Translations under genes and position numbers: made by a program
Assembly (NCBI GenBank): GCA_018664485.1
Contig: JABJOE010000004.1
Coordinates: 1 to 42,647 of the forward strand
Length of the DNA stretch: 42,647 nucleotides
Reading direction: 5' to 3'
Source: Candidatus Uhrbacteria bacterium
Lineage (GTDB): Bacteria; Patescibacteriota; Patescibacteriia; UBA9934
The notes under the pieces: model-generated
Database searches by the model: none
What the model saw: only the letters and a program-made list of their open reading frames with translations
What the model was told of the DNA's origin: nothing
Shown: positions 17,740 to 26,882 of the stretch, piece by piece
Layout of the letters: each line of letters opens with the position of its first letter
Numbering within the stretch: the first letter of the stretch is position 1

Positions 17740-18588
17740 ATGAAAATACTTATTACTGGCGCTCAAGGAATGCTAGGCCGCGATATCATTGATGTTGCAA
17801 AAGCTGGTGGATACGAGGTGATCGCGACAGATCGTGATACTTTAGATATTACTGACGAGCATACCGTTCGCTCATTCGTTGAACGTGAACAGCCAAAATT
17901 GATTATAAATACAGCTGCGTATAATTTGGTAGATAAAGTTGAGGATCCGGCTATCTATCCGTTGGCTTTTGCTGTGAACAGTACAGGACCCGGCAATCTC
18001 GCAAAGGCTGCGAAGGATATGGGAGCAGCGTTGGTGCATTACAGTACGGACTATGTGTTTGCAGGCGACAAACCTGAAGGATATCTTGAGACTGATGATA
18101 CGAATCCGATTTCTAAATACGGAGAAACAAAAGCAGCTGGCGAAGAAGCTGTGCTTTCCGCCGGTGTACATGCATATGTTTGCCGATTAAGTAAGATATT
18201 CGGACGTCCTGGATTGAGCGAGGGGTCAAAAGAAAGTTTTGTAGCTTTGATGTTGCGTTTAGCGAAAGAAAAGCCACTTTTAAAAATAGTTGATGAAGAA
18301 GTTGGTTGTCCGACTTACACAAAAGACATTGCTATGGCGACGAAGTCTATGTTGGAGCGCATGACGGTGCCTGGCGTTTATCATATGGTTAACAGCGGGG
18401 AGGGTGTGACGTGGTACGGATTTGCAAAAGAATTTTTCGAGATTTCCGGCGTAACTACACCGTATGAAGCTGTGCCATCTTCAGCATTTCCACGGGATGC
18501 AAAGGCTCCGAAGTTTGCAGCACTTTTAAATACGAAGCTACCCGCGTTACGCCCCCGAGTTGATGCATTAAAAGATTTTCTAGGATAA
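17740..18588 (+). CDS. rfbD: dTDP-4-dehydrorhamnose reductase (RmlD)
   Basis: TGAQGMLG, HYSTDYVF, YGETKAAGE, GCPTY. Confidence 0.95.
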   Translation: MKILITGAQGMLGRDIIDVAKAGGYEVIATDRDTLDITDEHTVRSFVEREQPKLIINTAAYNLVDKVEDPAIYPLAFAVNSTGPGNLAKAAKDMGAALVHYSTDYVFAGDKPEGYLETDDTNPISKYGETKAAGEEAVLSAGVHAYVCRLSKIFGRPGLSEGSKESFVALMLRLAKEKPLLKIVDEEVGCPTYTKDIAMATKSMLERMTVPGVYHMVNSGEGVTWYGFAKEFFEISGVTTPYEAVPSSAFPRDAKAPKFAALLNTKLPALRPRVDALKDFLG

Positions 18589-18608
18589 AGGCTTGAAATT
18601 ATTTAAAC

Positions 18609-18638
18609 AACGGCACGTCTTGTACGTGTTGTTTTTTT
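18609..18638 (+). terminator. Intrinsic terminator after rfbD
   Basis: AACGGCACGT-cttgt-ACGTGTTGTT followed by T run. Confidence 0.6.
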
Positions 18639-18677
18639 GTGATAAAAAAATACCACCTATCTACAGGGGAGATGGTT

Positions 18678-18944
18678 GTGAACGCAGCAGAGTATGGTCA
18701 TGTTTTCAGTGGAGGTAATCTGGACGGATATTCTGTCCAGAAATGGTGGAGTGCAGGTGTTGACTCGCCTTCGCTCATGACGGAGGGTCACCGTTATTTT
18801 CGAGATATGGCAGGTGCCGAATCCTGGGTGAGGGACGCTCCCGTAGAGCGTCGTATGACTGGAGAGGTGTTTGTATTGACCAGTGATGGCGTTAGCGGAA
18901 TCGTCTTTGGAGCTAAGTTTACCGAGGTTACAATTTCCAACTAG
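18678..18944 (+). CDS. Small hypothetical protein (start GTG 18678 behind GGAGA; alternatives 18639/18672)
   Basis: Only sizeable ORF between two terminators; GGAGA 5 nt upstream of GTG. Confidence 0.55.
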   Translation: MNAAEYGHVFSGGNLDGYSVQKWWSAGVDSPSLMTEGHRYFRDMAGAESWVRDAPVERRMTGEVFVLTSDGVSGIVFGAKFTEVTISN

Positions 18945-19040
18945 AGTTGACCGACTACAAATTCACGCTAGCACATCGTGCAGGTGAGGGTTGAACCGGT
19001 TTACAAAACTCGAGGCACAATCGCCTCAACTACGTTCTTG

Positions 19041-19067
19041 AAGGGCACCCCTCGGGTGTCCTTTTGT
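19041..19067. terminator. Intrinsic terminator between convergent genes
   Basis: AAGGGCACCC-ctc-GGGTGTCCTT followed by TTGT. Confidence 0.7.
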
Positions 19068-19086
19068 CATTTAGCAAAAATATCTG

Positions 19087-19416
19087 CTACTTAGCGTTAC
19101 TCTCATTAATTTGATCCCATTTCCAGTCTCGTCCTTCGTTTATTTTCATCTTTTTTGAGATCTCTTTTTCTATATCAATATCAAATACACCGCATAGATG
19201 TAGAACTCGTAAAATAATGTCTGCAAGCTCTTCATTGAAGCCGTCTTTTCCGTCAATGTTTTTATGACGATAAGCTGTATAAGCTTCTGTCACTTCTGAG
19301 TGCACTAGTGCCATTTTTTCAGCAACATTTATTTCGTTAGGCGTGGCGCCAAAACCTTTATCTCGAGCAAGTTGAAGTATGTTGTCTCTGATTTGGTTTA
19401 AGGTTGGTTGATTCAT
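19087..19416 (-). CDS. MazG-like nucleotide pyrophosphohydrolase
   Basis: LVHSEVTEA...EELADIILR (ExxE...ExxD), KKMKINEGR. Confidence 0.85.
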   Translation of the reverse strand: MNQPTLNQIRDNILQLARDKGFGATPNEINVAEKMALVHSEVTEAYTAYRHKNIDGKDGFNEELADIILRVLHLCGVFDIDIEKEISKKMKINEGRDWKWDQINESNAK

Positions 19417-19434
19417 AGATCTTTTTTTTGTAAT

Positions 19435-20784
19435 TTACAGATCAAACAGGATCGTATCTTCCATTAGCGGTCGTTGATAAAAGCCAGACGCTCCATCTTT
19501 CTCTCCGTACAAATAAAGTGTCTCACCAGCGTCATCCATCCACCACTGCTCAACGTCGATATCGTCGAGTAGTGTTGTGATGAATCTATCTTCTGCAACG
19601 TACTTGTATTCATACGTCTGAATGTCAGCGGTGTCTTGTACGACAATATGCTGACCTATCGGATGCCACAGAACAGATTCGATTACTAAAGATTGTCGAG
19701 TTAAAAATGTAGTTTCGTTTGTATATGCGTTAAAGATATTTACTTCAGTACCGTCGCTATATACTAAAAGATTTTGTTCGGAGAGCCAGTCATAGCTTGT
19801 CGCTTTACGTCGAAGAAGAAGTGGCTCGTCAGAGTGAATTTCTAAAAGAAATATTTCGTCTCGGTCATTCCGCAGAAGTAGGAACGATCCATCACGCATA
19901 AGTAGTGTGTACTCGTCGCTTGGCAGGAGCGCTAGAACCGTTTTCTCCCCATCAATGATTTGCTGTACTTCAGTTTGCGATCCGTTGTCGGCCAAACTTA
20001 GAATGCTCGCATCAAGTGAGATTGAATCCGCATCAGTCTCTTGAATCTTTGCGGAGTCACCTGAGATAAGATCATGCTGAGCAATTCCGTTGATCGTTCT
20101 TATATAGAGAACATGATCTGTACTTGGATGCCAGGTGATGTCTGACACATCCGGAGCTGTAATTGTAATATCCAAAATTTCTCCAGATGCTGTATATACA
20201 TTCGGTTCAATCCCTTCTTGGAATAGTGCGAGGTATCCACCAGACGCAGACCAAAGTAGCTCGGGTTCCACAGCGTCGGTAACTGAAATGGATTGACTGA
20301 TAAGTTGGTGCTCGCGCGACGCAAGATCATACAGCCAAAGCTCACTCCATCCAGACTGTTGTACGAGGTATGCTAGAAGACCACCGCTAGGGTGCACGCT
20401 CAGCGATTGAATGTCTCTATTGAAGTGATTTTCGGCTTCAGAGTCTAGAAATAGAATAATATTTTGTAGGCTGACTGTTTGTCCGCTTTCAACCTCAACG
20501 ATACCTTCCCATGGAATGTAAGATTCTTTTTCAAGGCCTACGGTGTATTTTGCAGGTAGGAGCTGTTTGAATACATGTGTTGTTTTTTCTTGCGTATCCT
20601 CTCCGTCAAGCAATATAGACGCACTACGAGGTGCGCTCGAGATGGAAATCACCCCGGTACGGATAACATGGCCATTTTTCAAGTTTAGTCTATATCCAGC
20701 GGTATATAGCACAAGAAGCGGTCCAATCACAAAAAATGAGACCACAAATAGCCAAAAGATGATTCTTCGTAAATATACAGGCAT
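19435..20784 (-). CDS. PEGA-domain membrane-anchored protein with beta-propeller-like C-terminus
   Basis: N-terminal TM, YTAGYR, ISSAPRSASILLDG...LPAKYTVGLEKESY PEGA motif, repeated W(H/S)P blades. Confidence 0.8.
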   Translation of the reverse strand: MPVYLRRIIFWLFVVSFFVIGPLLVLYTAGYRLNLKNGHVIRTGVISISSAPRSASILLDGEDTQEKTTHVFKQLLPAKYTVGLEKESYIPWEGIVEVESGQTVSLQNIILFLDSEAENHFNRDIQSLSVHPSGGLLAYLVQQSGWSELWLYDLASREHQLISQSISVTDAVEPELLWSASGGYLALFQEGIEPNVYTASGEILDITITAPDVSDITWHPSTDHVLYIRTINGIAQHDLISGDSAKIQETDADSISLDASILSLADNGSQTEVQQIIDGEKTVLALLPSDEYTLLMRDGSFLLLRNDRDEIFLLEIHSDEPLLLRRKATSYDWLSEQNLLVYSDGTEVNIFNAYTNETTFLTRQSLVIESVLWHPIGQHIVVQDTADIQTYEYKYVAEDRFITTLLDDIDVEQWWMDDAGETLYLYGEKDGASGFYQRPLMEDTILFDL

Positions 20785-20898
20785 ATCGGCTGAACCATAA
20801 CGGTATTTGCCAACAAAAACAAGCTCAGACAGTAATTACGTATATGTGGTAGAATGAGGTCATTTCAGGCTGCAAACGAGATTTTTACAAATTGTCAT

Positions 20899-22119
20899 AT
20901 GAAAAAGTTCAATCGCAAGCATATTTGGATTTCCAGCGTTATTCTGGGCCTTGTTTTGCTGACCGGTACTTTCTACGCCGGGTTGTTTGTGGGGGTGCTG
21001 CAGTCAACTGGTGACGGTGCGCAGGATGGTGAGGTGGAGGTTGTTAATCAGACACGATTCTTTGATCGTGCAGATGATATTGATTTTGGAAATTTTTGGG
21101 AAGTTTGGGATTTGGTTCAAGATGTTTACTATCAGCCAATTGATGAGTCGGATTTGTACTATGGAGCGATGCAGGGAATGGTTTGGGGATTGGATGATCC
21201 GTATACCGTGTTTTTCCCACCGGCTGAAGCTGAAGAATTCGACAATGAGCTCGATGGAGTATTCTACGGAATTGGAGCTGAGATTGGGAAGAAAGAAAAC
21301 GAGATCGTTGTCATTGCGCCGTTGTCAGGTTCTCCGGCGGAAGCTGCGGGACTCATGGCGGGTGACGCAATATGGTACGTTGATGATACTGAGATCTTTG
21401 ACTATAGCGTGAATGCTGCCGTCATGATTATCCGCGGGGAGATTGGGACGGAGGTTGTGCTTACGGTTTCTCGTGAAGGTGCCGATGAGTTGATTGAAAT
21501 TCCTATTGTCCGTGATGAGATCCAAATAAGTAGCGTTGAATGGGAGATTCGCGATGACGGAATCGCTGTCATTGAGATTTCCATGTTCAACGGTGAGACT
21601 ACGGACTTGTTTACCCAAGCTGTGCGCGAGGCGTTGGCAGCGGGCGTGGATGGTTTGATTGTTGACCTGCGTAATGATCCGGGAGGATTACTCACAGCAG
21701 CTATCAACGTGTCTGGATTCTGGGTTGATGATATGCCTGTCGTGCAACAGCGTGTTGGCAGTGATGTTGAATCTTACTCTGCTACTGGAAACTCATGGCT
21801 TTCTGACATGGATACAGTCGTTCTGGTAAACGGTGGATCAGCGTCGGCATCTGAGATTTTGGCTGGTGCTTTGCAAGACTATGGTTATGCTACGGTTATC
21901 GGTGAACAGACATACGGTAAGGGATCTGTGCAGGAATATTACGATCTGCCAGATGGGTCTGCTGTGAAGATAACGGTCGCAGAGTGGCTTACACCGCTTG
22001 GGCGATCGATAAACGAGGTAGGTATTACTCCAGATATTGAAATTGAATTTACCATTGATGATTATGAGGCGGGTGAGACGCCACAAATCGACGCGGCGAT
22101 CGATTTCCTCGCGCAGTAA
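20899..22119 (+). CDS. S41 carboxyl-terminal processing protease (CtpA-like)
   Basis: LDDPYT, PDZ GIGAEI, DLRNDPGG, SASASEI, TYGKGSVQ, GITPD; ATG 20899 preferred. Confidence 0.95.
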   Translation: MKKFNRKHIWISSVILGLVLLTGTFYAGLFVGVLQSTGDGAQDGEVEVVNQTRFFDRADDIDFGNFWEVWDLVQDVYYQPIDESDLYYGAMQGMVWGLDDPYTVFFPPAEAEEFDNELDGVFYGIGAEIGKKENEIVVIAPLSGSPAEAAGLMAGDAIWYVDDTEIFDYSVNAAVMIIRGEIGTEVVLTVSREGADELIEIPIVRDEIQISSVEWEIRDDGIAVIEISMFNGETTDLFTQAVREALAAGVDGLIVDLRNDPGGLLTAAINVSGFWVDDMPVVQQRVGSDVESYSATGNSWLSDMDTVVLVNGGSASASEILAGALQDYGYATVIGEQTYGKGSVQEYYDLPDGSAVKITVAEWLTPLGRSINEVGITPDIEIEFTIDDYEAGETPQIDAAIDFLAQ

Positions 22120-22594
22120 AGGGCGCAAGGAGCAACATCGTACAGAAGTCTCTGCAGGAGGGATTGTTTTTCGGCGTTCTAAAAATGGCGTGTCTATAGC
22201 AATGTTGAAAGACTCATACGGACGTTGGACTTTTCCAAAGGGACATTTGGATGAAGGGGAGACTACGCGTCAGGCCGCTATTCGTGAAATTGAAGAAGAA
22301 ATTGGATTGGGTAGTTTAAGGGCGGTCGCAAAACTTGGAACGATTGATATTTGGTTCCGAGATCGATTTAAGTTTAAAGGAAAGCTGATCCACAAATATA
22401 TACATTACTTTTTGTTTGAAGCTGTAGGCGACACAAAGCTTCGTAAATTAGAAAATACAGACAAGGATAGTGAAAAGATTCATGCGGTTGCTTGGATTCC
22501 AGTGAAGACTTTACGTCGGAAATCTAGTTACCAGGATTTGATTCCAATTGTTGATCGCGCGCTTATGGTCCTAGAAGGGCGAGGTTGGGTTTAG
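22064..22594 (+). CDS. NUDIX hydrolase (Ap4A hydrolase-like); start uncertain, overlaps the S41 gene
   Basis: SAGGIV, WTFPKGHLDEGETTRQAAIREIEEEIG Nudix box. Confidence 0.9.
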   Translation: MRRVRRHKSTRRSISSRSKGRKEQHRTEVSAGGIVFRRSKNGVSIAMLKDSYGRWTFPKGHLDEGETTRQAAIREIEEEIGLGSLRAVAKLGTIDIWFRDRFKFKGKLIHKYIHYFLFEAVGDTKLRKLENTDKDSEKIHAVAWIPVKTLRRKSSYQDLIPIVDRALMVLEGRGWV

Positions 22595-22633
22595 TTTTTT
22601 TAGTAAGCTATCGCTTAACATCATTTTGTCTTT

Positions 22634-22813
22634 TGCAAGTAACCTTGCAGTATTGACGGTGGCTACCGTCGGGAGCCATACTTTTCTTTGCTGACCCAAA
22701 GTAAAGTATGCAAAAGAAAAGGTCTACACTGGTCCGCGCGGCCATCGCTTTTCAATCCGGCCTTCAGTCAAATCTTTTGTCTGAAAGCTACTTTCGCCGA
22801 TTTGACGGGCGGA
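22634..22813. other. Dense multi-hairpin intergenic element
   Basis: TGCAAG/CTTGCA, GACGGT/ACCGTC, CATACTTTTCTTTG/CAAAGTAAAGTATG, GTCAAATC/GATTTGAC, GAAAG/CTTTC. Confidence 0.6.
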
Positions 22814-22880
22814 CTGCTTTTCACGTAACAACCAAAAAGATGACGAATTGAATCAGGACAATGGTTGTTCGGAGGGATCG

Positions 22881-22919
22881 AACAAAACAGAAACCGCCCC
22901 GACCAAGAGATCGAGGCGA
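22881..22919 (-). terminator. Intrinsic terminator of the minus-strand accessory gene
   Basis: Minus strand CGCCTCGATC-tctt-GGTCGGGGCG then GTTTCTGTTTTGTT. Confidence 0.65.
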
Positions 22920-22991
22920 TCTTTGATTTCGGGACGGACGTGTTCACTCGCCGGCGTCAGCATCTTGCTCATCTTCGCCGTTGTCGACTGG

Positions 22992-23492
22992 CTAGTCGCT
23001 TCTTGTGGCTGGCTTGAGATCCCACCATTCAGGTCCATTGCGTGGGTAGTTGTGACGCCAGGTGCGACATCCATGGTCTTTCTCGCACGCGACTACGAAT
23101 TGCGGCGCCACACCAATGATCCACTCTGCGATATCTTCGTTACTTCGCGTAAGCCCGGCGCAGCTAGCCTCTCTGTGGGTGATATCCGGCATTCGAGTGC
23201 AGGCGTAGAGATCTCTGAGTTCAGTGTTGGTCATCCAACCGCATGCGCTCTTGAAATCTCCGATTGAGCCAAGATTGCGACCAAGCTGTTCGTACTGACG
23301 GAATACGCAGTCCTTGTCAGCTTTCTCAGCAGCCTGTTGGACTTGCTCTGGCGTCGGCGCGGCTTCGTCAGCCGATTTCTTGGCGACGTACCTCCACAGT
23401 GTCACACAGGCCATGAATAGGAATGCTGCCAACATAAGTGCCTTGAACCACTTTGGCATTGGAAAGGCGGAACTTGCTTGGTTTTGCGTCAT
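22992..23492 (-). CDS. Hypothetical Cys-containing membrane-anchored protein, GC-richer than neighbours
   Basis: GGAGA SD upstream, one TM, six Cys in the soluble part; own promoter and terminator. Confidence 0.7.
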   Translation of the reverse strand: MTQNQASSAFPMPKWFKALMLAAFLFMACVTLWRYVAKKSADEAAPTPEQVQQAAEKADKDCVFRQYEQLGRNLGSIGDFKSACGWMTNTELRDLYACTRMPDITHREASCAGLTRSNEDIAEWIIGVAPQFVVACEKDHGCRTWRHNYPRNGPEWWDLKPATRSD

Positions 23493-23518
23493 CGAATCTC
23501 CATGGTTGACGACGCTTC

Positions 23519-23547
23519 AAACTAGCTTAAATAGCCTATTTCGTCAA
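23519..23547 (-). promoter_or_regulatory. sigma70-type promoter embedded in an 11-bp inverted repeat
   Basis: Minus strand TTGACG-17 nt-TAGTTT; IR ATGGTTGACGA (23502-23512)/TCGTCAACCAT (23541-23551). Confidence 0.55.
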
Positions 23548-23551
23548 CCAT

Positions 23552-23580
23552 TTGATCCAAAATGCCCGATCGGGTAAAAT
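23552..23580 (+). promoter_or_regulatory. sigma70-type promoter of rplI, probably leaderless
   Basis: TTGATC-17 nt-TAAAAT, 8 nt before ATG 23589. Confidence 0.6.
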
Positions 23581-23588
23581 AGCGTCGT

Positions 23589-24026
23589 ATGAAAGTTATT
23601 CTCTTAGAAGATGTAAAATCCCAAGGAAAGGAAGGGGACGTGGTTGAAGTGAGTGAGGGGTATGCTCGTAATTTTTTGTACCCGCAGCATTTGGCTATTG
23701 AGGTTACGCCTCAAATCCTTGCTGAACGTGCAGCAAAAGCGAAGTCTGAGGCGAATAAGTCCCGCAAAGACGATAAGTCTGCTCGCAAGCTTGCTGCATC
23801 TGTGGATGGTTCAGAGGTTATCATCAAAGCAAAAGCGGATGGTGGATCGCTCTATGCTTCCGTGACAGCATCAGACATTGCAAAGGAGCTAAAAAGCCAG
23901 GGCTACAAAGTGAAGAAAGATCAAATTCAATTCGAAGGTACAAAAGAGGTTGGGGCCTCTGAGGTTACGGTCTCATTTCCAAATGCGTACGATGTGACTA
24001 TTACGCTCATCGTTGAAGCAAAATAA
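23589..24026 (+). CDS. rplI: 50S ribosomal protein bL9
   Basis: MKVILLEDV...[18 protein letters not shown]; LYASVT C-domain. Confidence 0.97.
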   Translation: MKVILLEDVKSQGKEGDVVEVSEGYARNFLYPQHLAIEVTPQILAERAAKAKSEANKSRKDDKSARKLAASVDGSEVIIKAKADGGSLYASVTASDIAKELKSQGYKVKKDQIQFEGTKEVGASEVTVSFPNAYDVTITLIVEAK

Positions 24027-24052
24027 GAAGGCAGCCCTCCGGGGCTGTCTTT
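24027..24052 (+). terminator. Intrinsic terminator after rplI
   Basis: GAAGGCAGCCC-tccg-GGGCTGTCTTT. Confidence 0.7.
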
Positions 24053-24098
24053 GATGTAGGAGAAAATAATCCAAATACCTTAGTCCTAAAGTTCTAGT

Positions 24099-25721
24099 AT
24101 GGAACACAAATATTTATTTATAGTTGGTGGAGTAATGAGTGGTGTTGGGAAAGGTACATCAAGTGCTGCTCTTGGGCTTACTATCAAGGCAAAGGGGTAT
24201 AGCGTGACTGCAATTAAGATCGATCCGTACGTTAACGTTGACGCTGGAACGATGAACCCTGTGGAGCATGGAGAGGTTTTTGTGACGGTTGACGGAGATG
24301 AAACCGATCAGGACATTGGAACTTACGAACGGTATTTAGACGTTGATATAACGCGAATGAATTACATGACGACTGGTCGTGTTTATCAGTCCGTCATTGA
24401 ACGCGAGCGTAACCTTGAATACGGAGGAAAGTGTGTTGAGGTTGTACCCGACGTTCCTGAAGAAGTTATAAGACGCATCAAGGCTGCTGCCGCACAGGCG
24501 GAGGCTGATGTTACATTGATCGAGGTCGGTGGAACCGTCGGTGAGTATCAGAATATTTTGTTTTTGGAAGCTGCACGCATGATGTATGCGGAGAATCCTG
24601 ACGCCGTGCAATTCTGTTTGGTAAGTTATTTACCTGTTCCTCCATCAATTGGAGAGATGAAGACAAAGCCAACTCAGTACGCTGTTCGAACATTGAACTC
24701 GGCAGGTATTCAGCCTGATTTTGTTATTGGTCGTTCTACTATCCCGATGGATGGCCCTCGAAAGAAAAAGATTGCTCGTTTCTGCAGTGTTCCAGAAGAG
24801 CATATTATCGGAGCTGCTGACGTAAAATCTATTTACGATATTCCCGACATGTTCGAAGAGCAAGGGTTTGCAGACTCTGTTTTGAAAGGATTTGACTTGG
24901 AGGCTAAGAAAAATGACTTGTCAGAGTGGAAGAGTTTTACAGAGAAGGTGAAGGGCGCAACAGAGACTGTAAAGATTGGTGTTGCTGGAAAATATTTCTC
25001 AACTGGAAGCTTTACTCTGTCAGATGCGTACATATCAGTACTTGAAGCTATTAAGCATGCGGCAGCAGATCAAGGTGTTAAGGCTGATATTGAGTGGTTA
25101 AATTCCGAGGAGTACGAGAAGGATCCTGAAAAATTGAAAGAGCTTGAATCGTTTGATGGATTGCTTATTCCTGGAGGATTTGGTTCTCGTGGAATCGAAG
25201 GGAAGATAAAGATCATCGAGGTATGTCGAGAAAAGAATATTCCGTATTTTGGTATTTGTTACGGTATGCAATGTGCTGTTATTGAGTACGCCCGAAATAT
25301 ATTAGGCCACAAGGATGCTCACACAACAGAGATAGATGAGGGAACTTCGCATCCTGTTGTAGATGTTATGGAAGAGCAGAAAATCAAATTGGCTAAAGAT
25401 GAATATGGTGGGACTATGCGGCTTGGGTCGTATGATTGTGATTTGATGGAGGGTACACAGTCACATAAGTGGTATAAGGAAGACAAGATTTCGGAACGTC
25501 ATCGTCATCGATATGAATTTAACAATGAGTACCGAGAAGAGCTTGTTGGCAAGGGGTTGGTTGTAGCTGGTGTGAACCCGAAACAAGATCTTGTTGAAAT
25601 TGTAGAGTTGAAAGATCATCCGTTTTTTGTGGGAGTACAGTTTCATCCAGAATTTCAGAGTAGGCCCTTGTCGCCTCATCCGTTGTTCTGCGGATTTATA
25701 AACGCCGCGAAGAATAAATAA
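24099..25721 (+). CDS. pyrG: CTP synthase
   Basis: GGVMSGVGKG, KIDPYVNVDAGTMNP.EHGE, KTKPTQ, GICYGMQ, ERHRHRYE, QFHPEF. Confidence 0.98.
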   Translation: MEHKYLFIVGGVMSGVGKGTSSAALGLTIKAKGYSVTAIKIDPYVNVDAGTMNPVEHGEVFVTVDGDETDQDIGTYERYLDVDITRMNYMTTGRVYQSVIERERNLEYGGKCVEVVPDVPEEVIRRIKAAAAQAEADVTLIEVGGTVGEYQNILFLEAARMMYAENPDAVQFCLVSYLPVPPSIGEMKTKPTQYAVRTLNSAGIQPDFVIGRSTIPMDGPRKKKIARFCSVPEEHIIGAADVKSIYDIPDMFEEQGFADSVLKGFDLEAKKNDLSEWKSFTEKVKGATETVKIGVAGKYFSTGSFTLSDAYISVLEAIKHAAADQGVKADIEWLNSEEYEKDPEKLKELESFDGLLIPGGFGSRGIEGKIKIIEVCREKNIPYFGICYGMQCAVIEYARNILGHKDAHTTEIDEGTSHPVVDVMEEQKIKLAKDEYGGTMRLGSYDCDLMEGTQSHKWYKEDKISERHRHRYEFNNEYREELVGKGLVVAGVNPKQDLVEIVELKDHPFFVGVQFHPEFQSRPLSPHPLFCGFINAAKNK

Positions 25722-25734
25722 GTATCTTAGAAAT

Positions 25735-25768
25735 AAAAAAAACAGGACCTTGCGGCCCTGTTTTTTTG
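25735..25768. terminator. Bidirectional terminator between pyrG and rpmA
   Basis: A8-CAGG(A)CC-ttgc-GGCCCTG-T8. Confidence 0.75.
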
Positions 25769-25775
25769 AACTCTC

Positions 25776-26048
25776 TTATCCAACGTTCACGAATGTTCGT
25801 CGTTTGAGATTTCCTGTGAAGTTCGGCATCATCTTTTTTGAAAAGTTTACAGTTCCGTCAACTGCAGCATATAGCGTGTCGTCTTTACCGATTCGGACAT
25901 TTACTCCAGGTCGGTACTTCGTTCCACGCTGGCGAACTAAAATCTGACCAGCCGCAACGGGCTGACCGGCAGTCTTCTTCAGACCAAGTCGTTTTGCTTT
26001 GGAATCTCGACCATTACTGGTGGATCCCTGGGCTTTCTTATGTGCCAT
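25776..26048 (-). CDS. rpmA: 50S ribosomal protein bL27
   Basis: [40 protein letters not shown]. Confidence 0.98.
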   Translation of the reverse strand: MAHKKAQGSTSNGRDSKAKRLGLKKTAGQPVAAGQILVRQRGTKYRPGVNVRIGKDDTLYAAVDGTVNFSKKMMPNFTGNLKRRTFVNVG

Positions 26049-26206
26049 AGTGGCTCAAAGCTTACGGGCGGCTCATACAGCTGTTACAAGTGGAGCCTTT
26101 TACTGGCGAAATATTAGCGTATTGTAGCAAAACAGTCAAGCCCGATATGTTAACAGAGGGTGTATTTAGTAGTCAATTAGGTGTAAAAGCGGTATGATTC
26201 GCGCGT

Positions 26207-26479
26207 ATGGCTTCTCAAAAAGAAGAAATTGAGCAGATTTTAGATGAAATTAGGCCTCAGCTAGCTCGCCATCAAGGTGGCGTTGAGTTGGTTTCATTTG
26301 ATGAGAAGGAGAAAGTTGTTTCGCTTAAAATGGAAGGGGCATGCGTCGGATGCGCTCTAAGTCAGATGACGATGAAGGCTGGAATCGAGGGTGTCATTCG
26401 AGGGAAGTTTCCAGATGTCACGGTTGTAGACGTGTCAGATCATAGCTCAGGAAAAAATCCATTCTATGAAAATAAGTAA
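26207..26479 (+). CDS. NifU/NfuA C-terminal-like domain protein
   Basis: IRPQLARHQGGVELV...GACVGC (CxxC)...TMKAGIE; -10 TATGAT 8 nt before ATG. Confidence 0.88.
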   Translation: MASQKEEIEQILDEIRPQLARHQGGVELVSFDEKEKVVSLKMEGACVGCALSQMTMKAGIEGVIRGKFPDVTVVDVSDHSSGKNPFYENK

Positions 26480-26876
26480 AAGTTTTAACGCGTGGCGGAA
26501 GCAGATGAAGAAGGCTGTCAAAGACATGTCTTCAAAACGTTTGTTTAAAATTCTGATACCGGTATCAATCGTATTTTTTATATTGGGTCTGATCGTCCCA
26601 TATCTGTATCTTTATCCAGAAGCCGGAGAGCAGATTGCCGTCCCACTACATTACAATATTCATTTCGGTGTGGATTTATTTGGTAGACCGTGGCGTGTTT
26701 TCGCGCCGTCGATCGTAGGTTTGTCTGTGCTGGTTGTTAATTTGATATTTGCCGTTACTCTTTGGAATAGGTCACGCATATTAAGCTACGGGCTTTTGTG
26801 TGCGACTGCGGTGATAGAAATAATATTATTTACAGCAAGCGCATTTGTAACTCTCCTTGTTCTTAGTTATCTCTAG
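26466..26876 (+). CDS. 3-TM membrane protein (DUF1648-like)
   Basis: VPLHYNIHFGVD motif between TM1 and TM2; directly upstream of mraY. Confidence 0.65.
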   Translation: MKISKSFNAWRKQMKKAVKDMSSKRLFKILIPVSIVFFILGLIVPYLYLYPEAGEQIAVPLHYNIHFGVDLFGRPWRVFAPSIVGLSVLVVNLIFAVTLWNRSRILSYGLLCATAVIEIILFTASAFVTLLVLSYL

Positions 26877-26882
26877 TATTTT

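Noticed and set aside
22848-23577. Plus-strand ORFs 22848-23267 and 23314-23577, and minus ORF 22853-23074
   Set aside because: Antisense or overlapping to the minus-strand gene that has promoter, SD and terminator.
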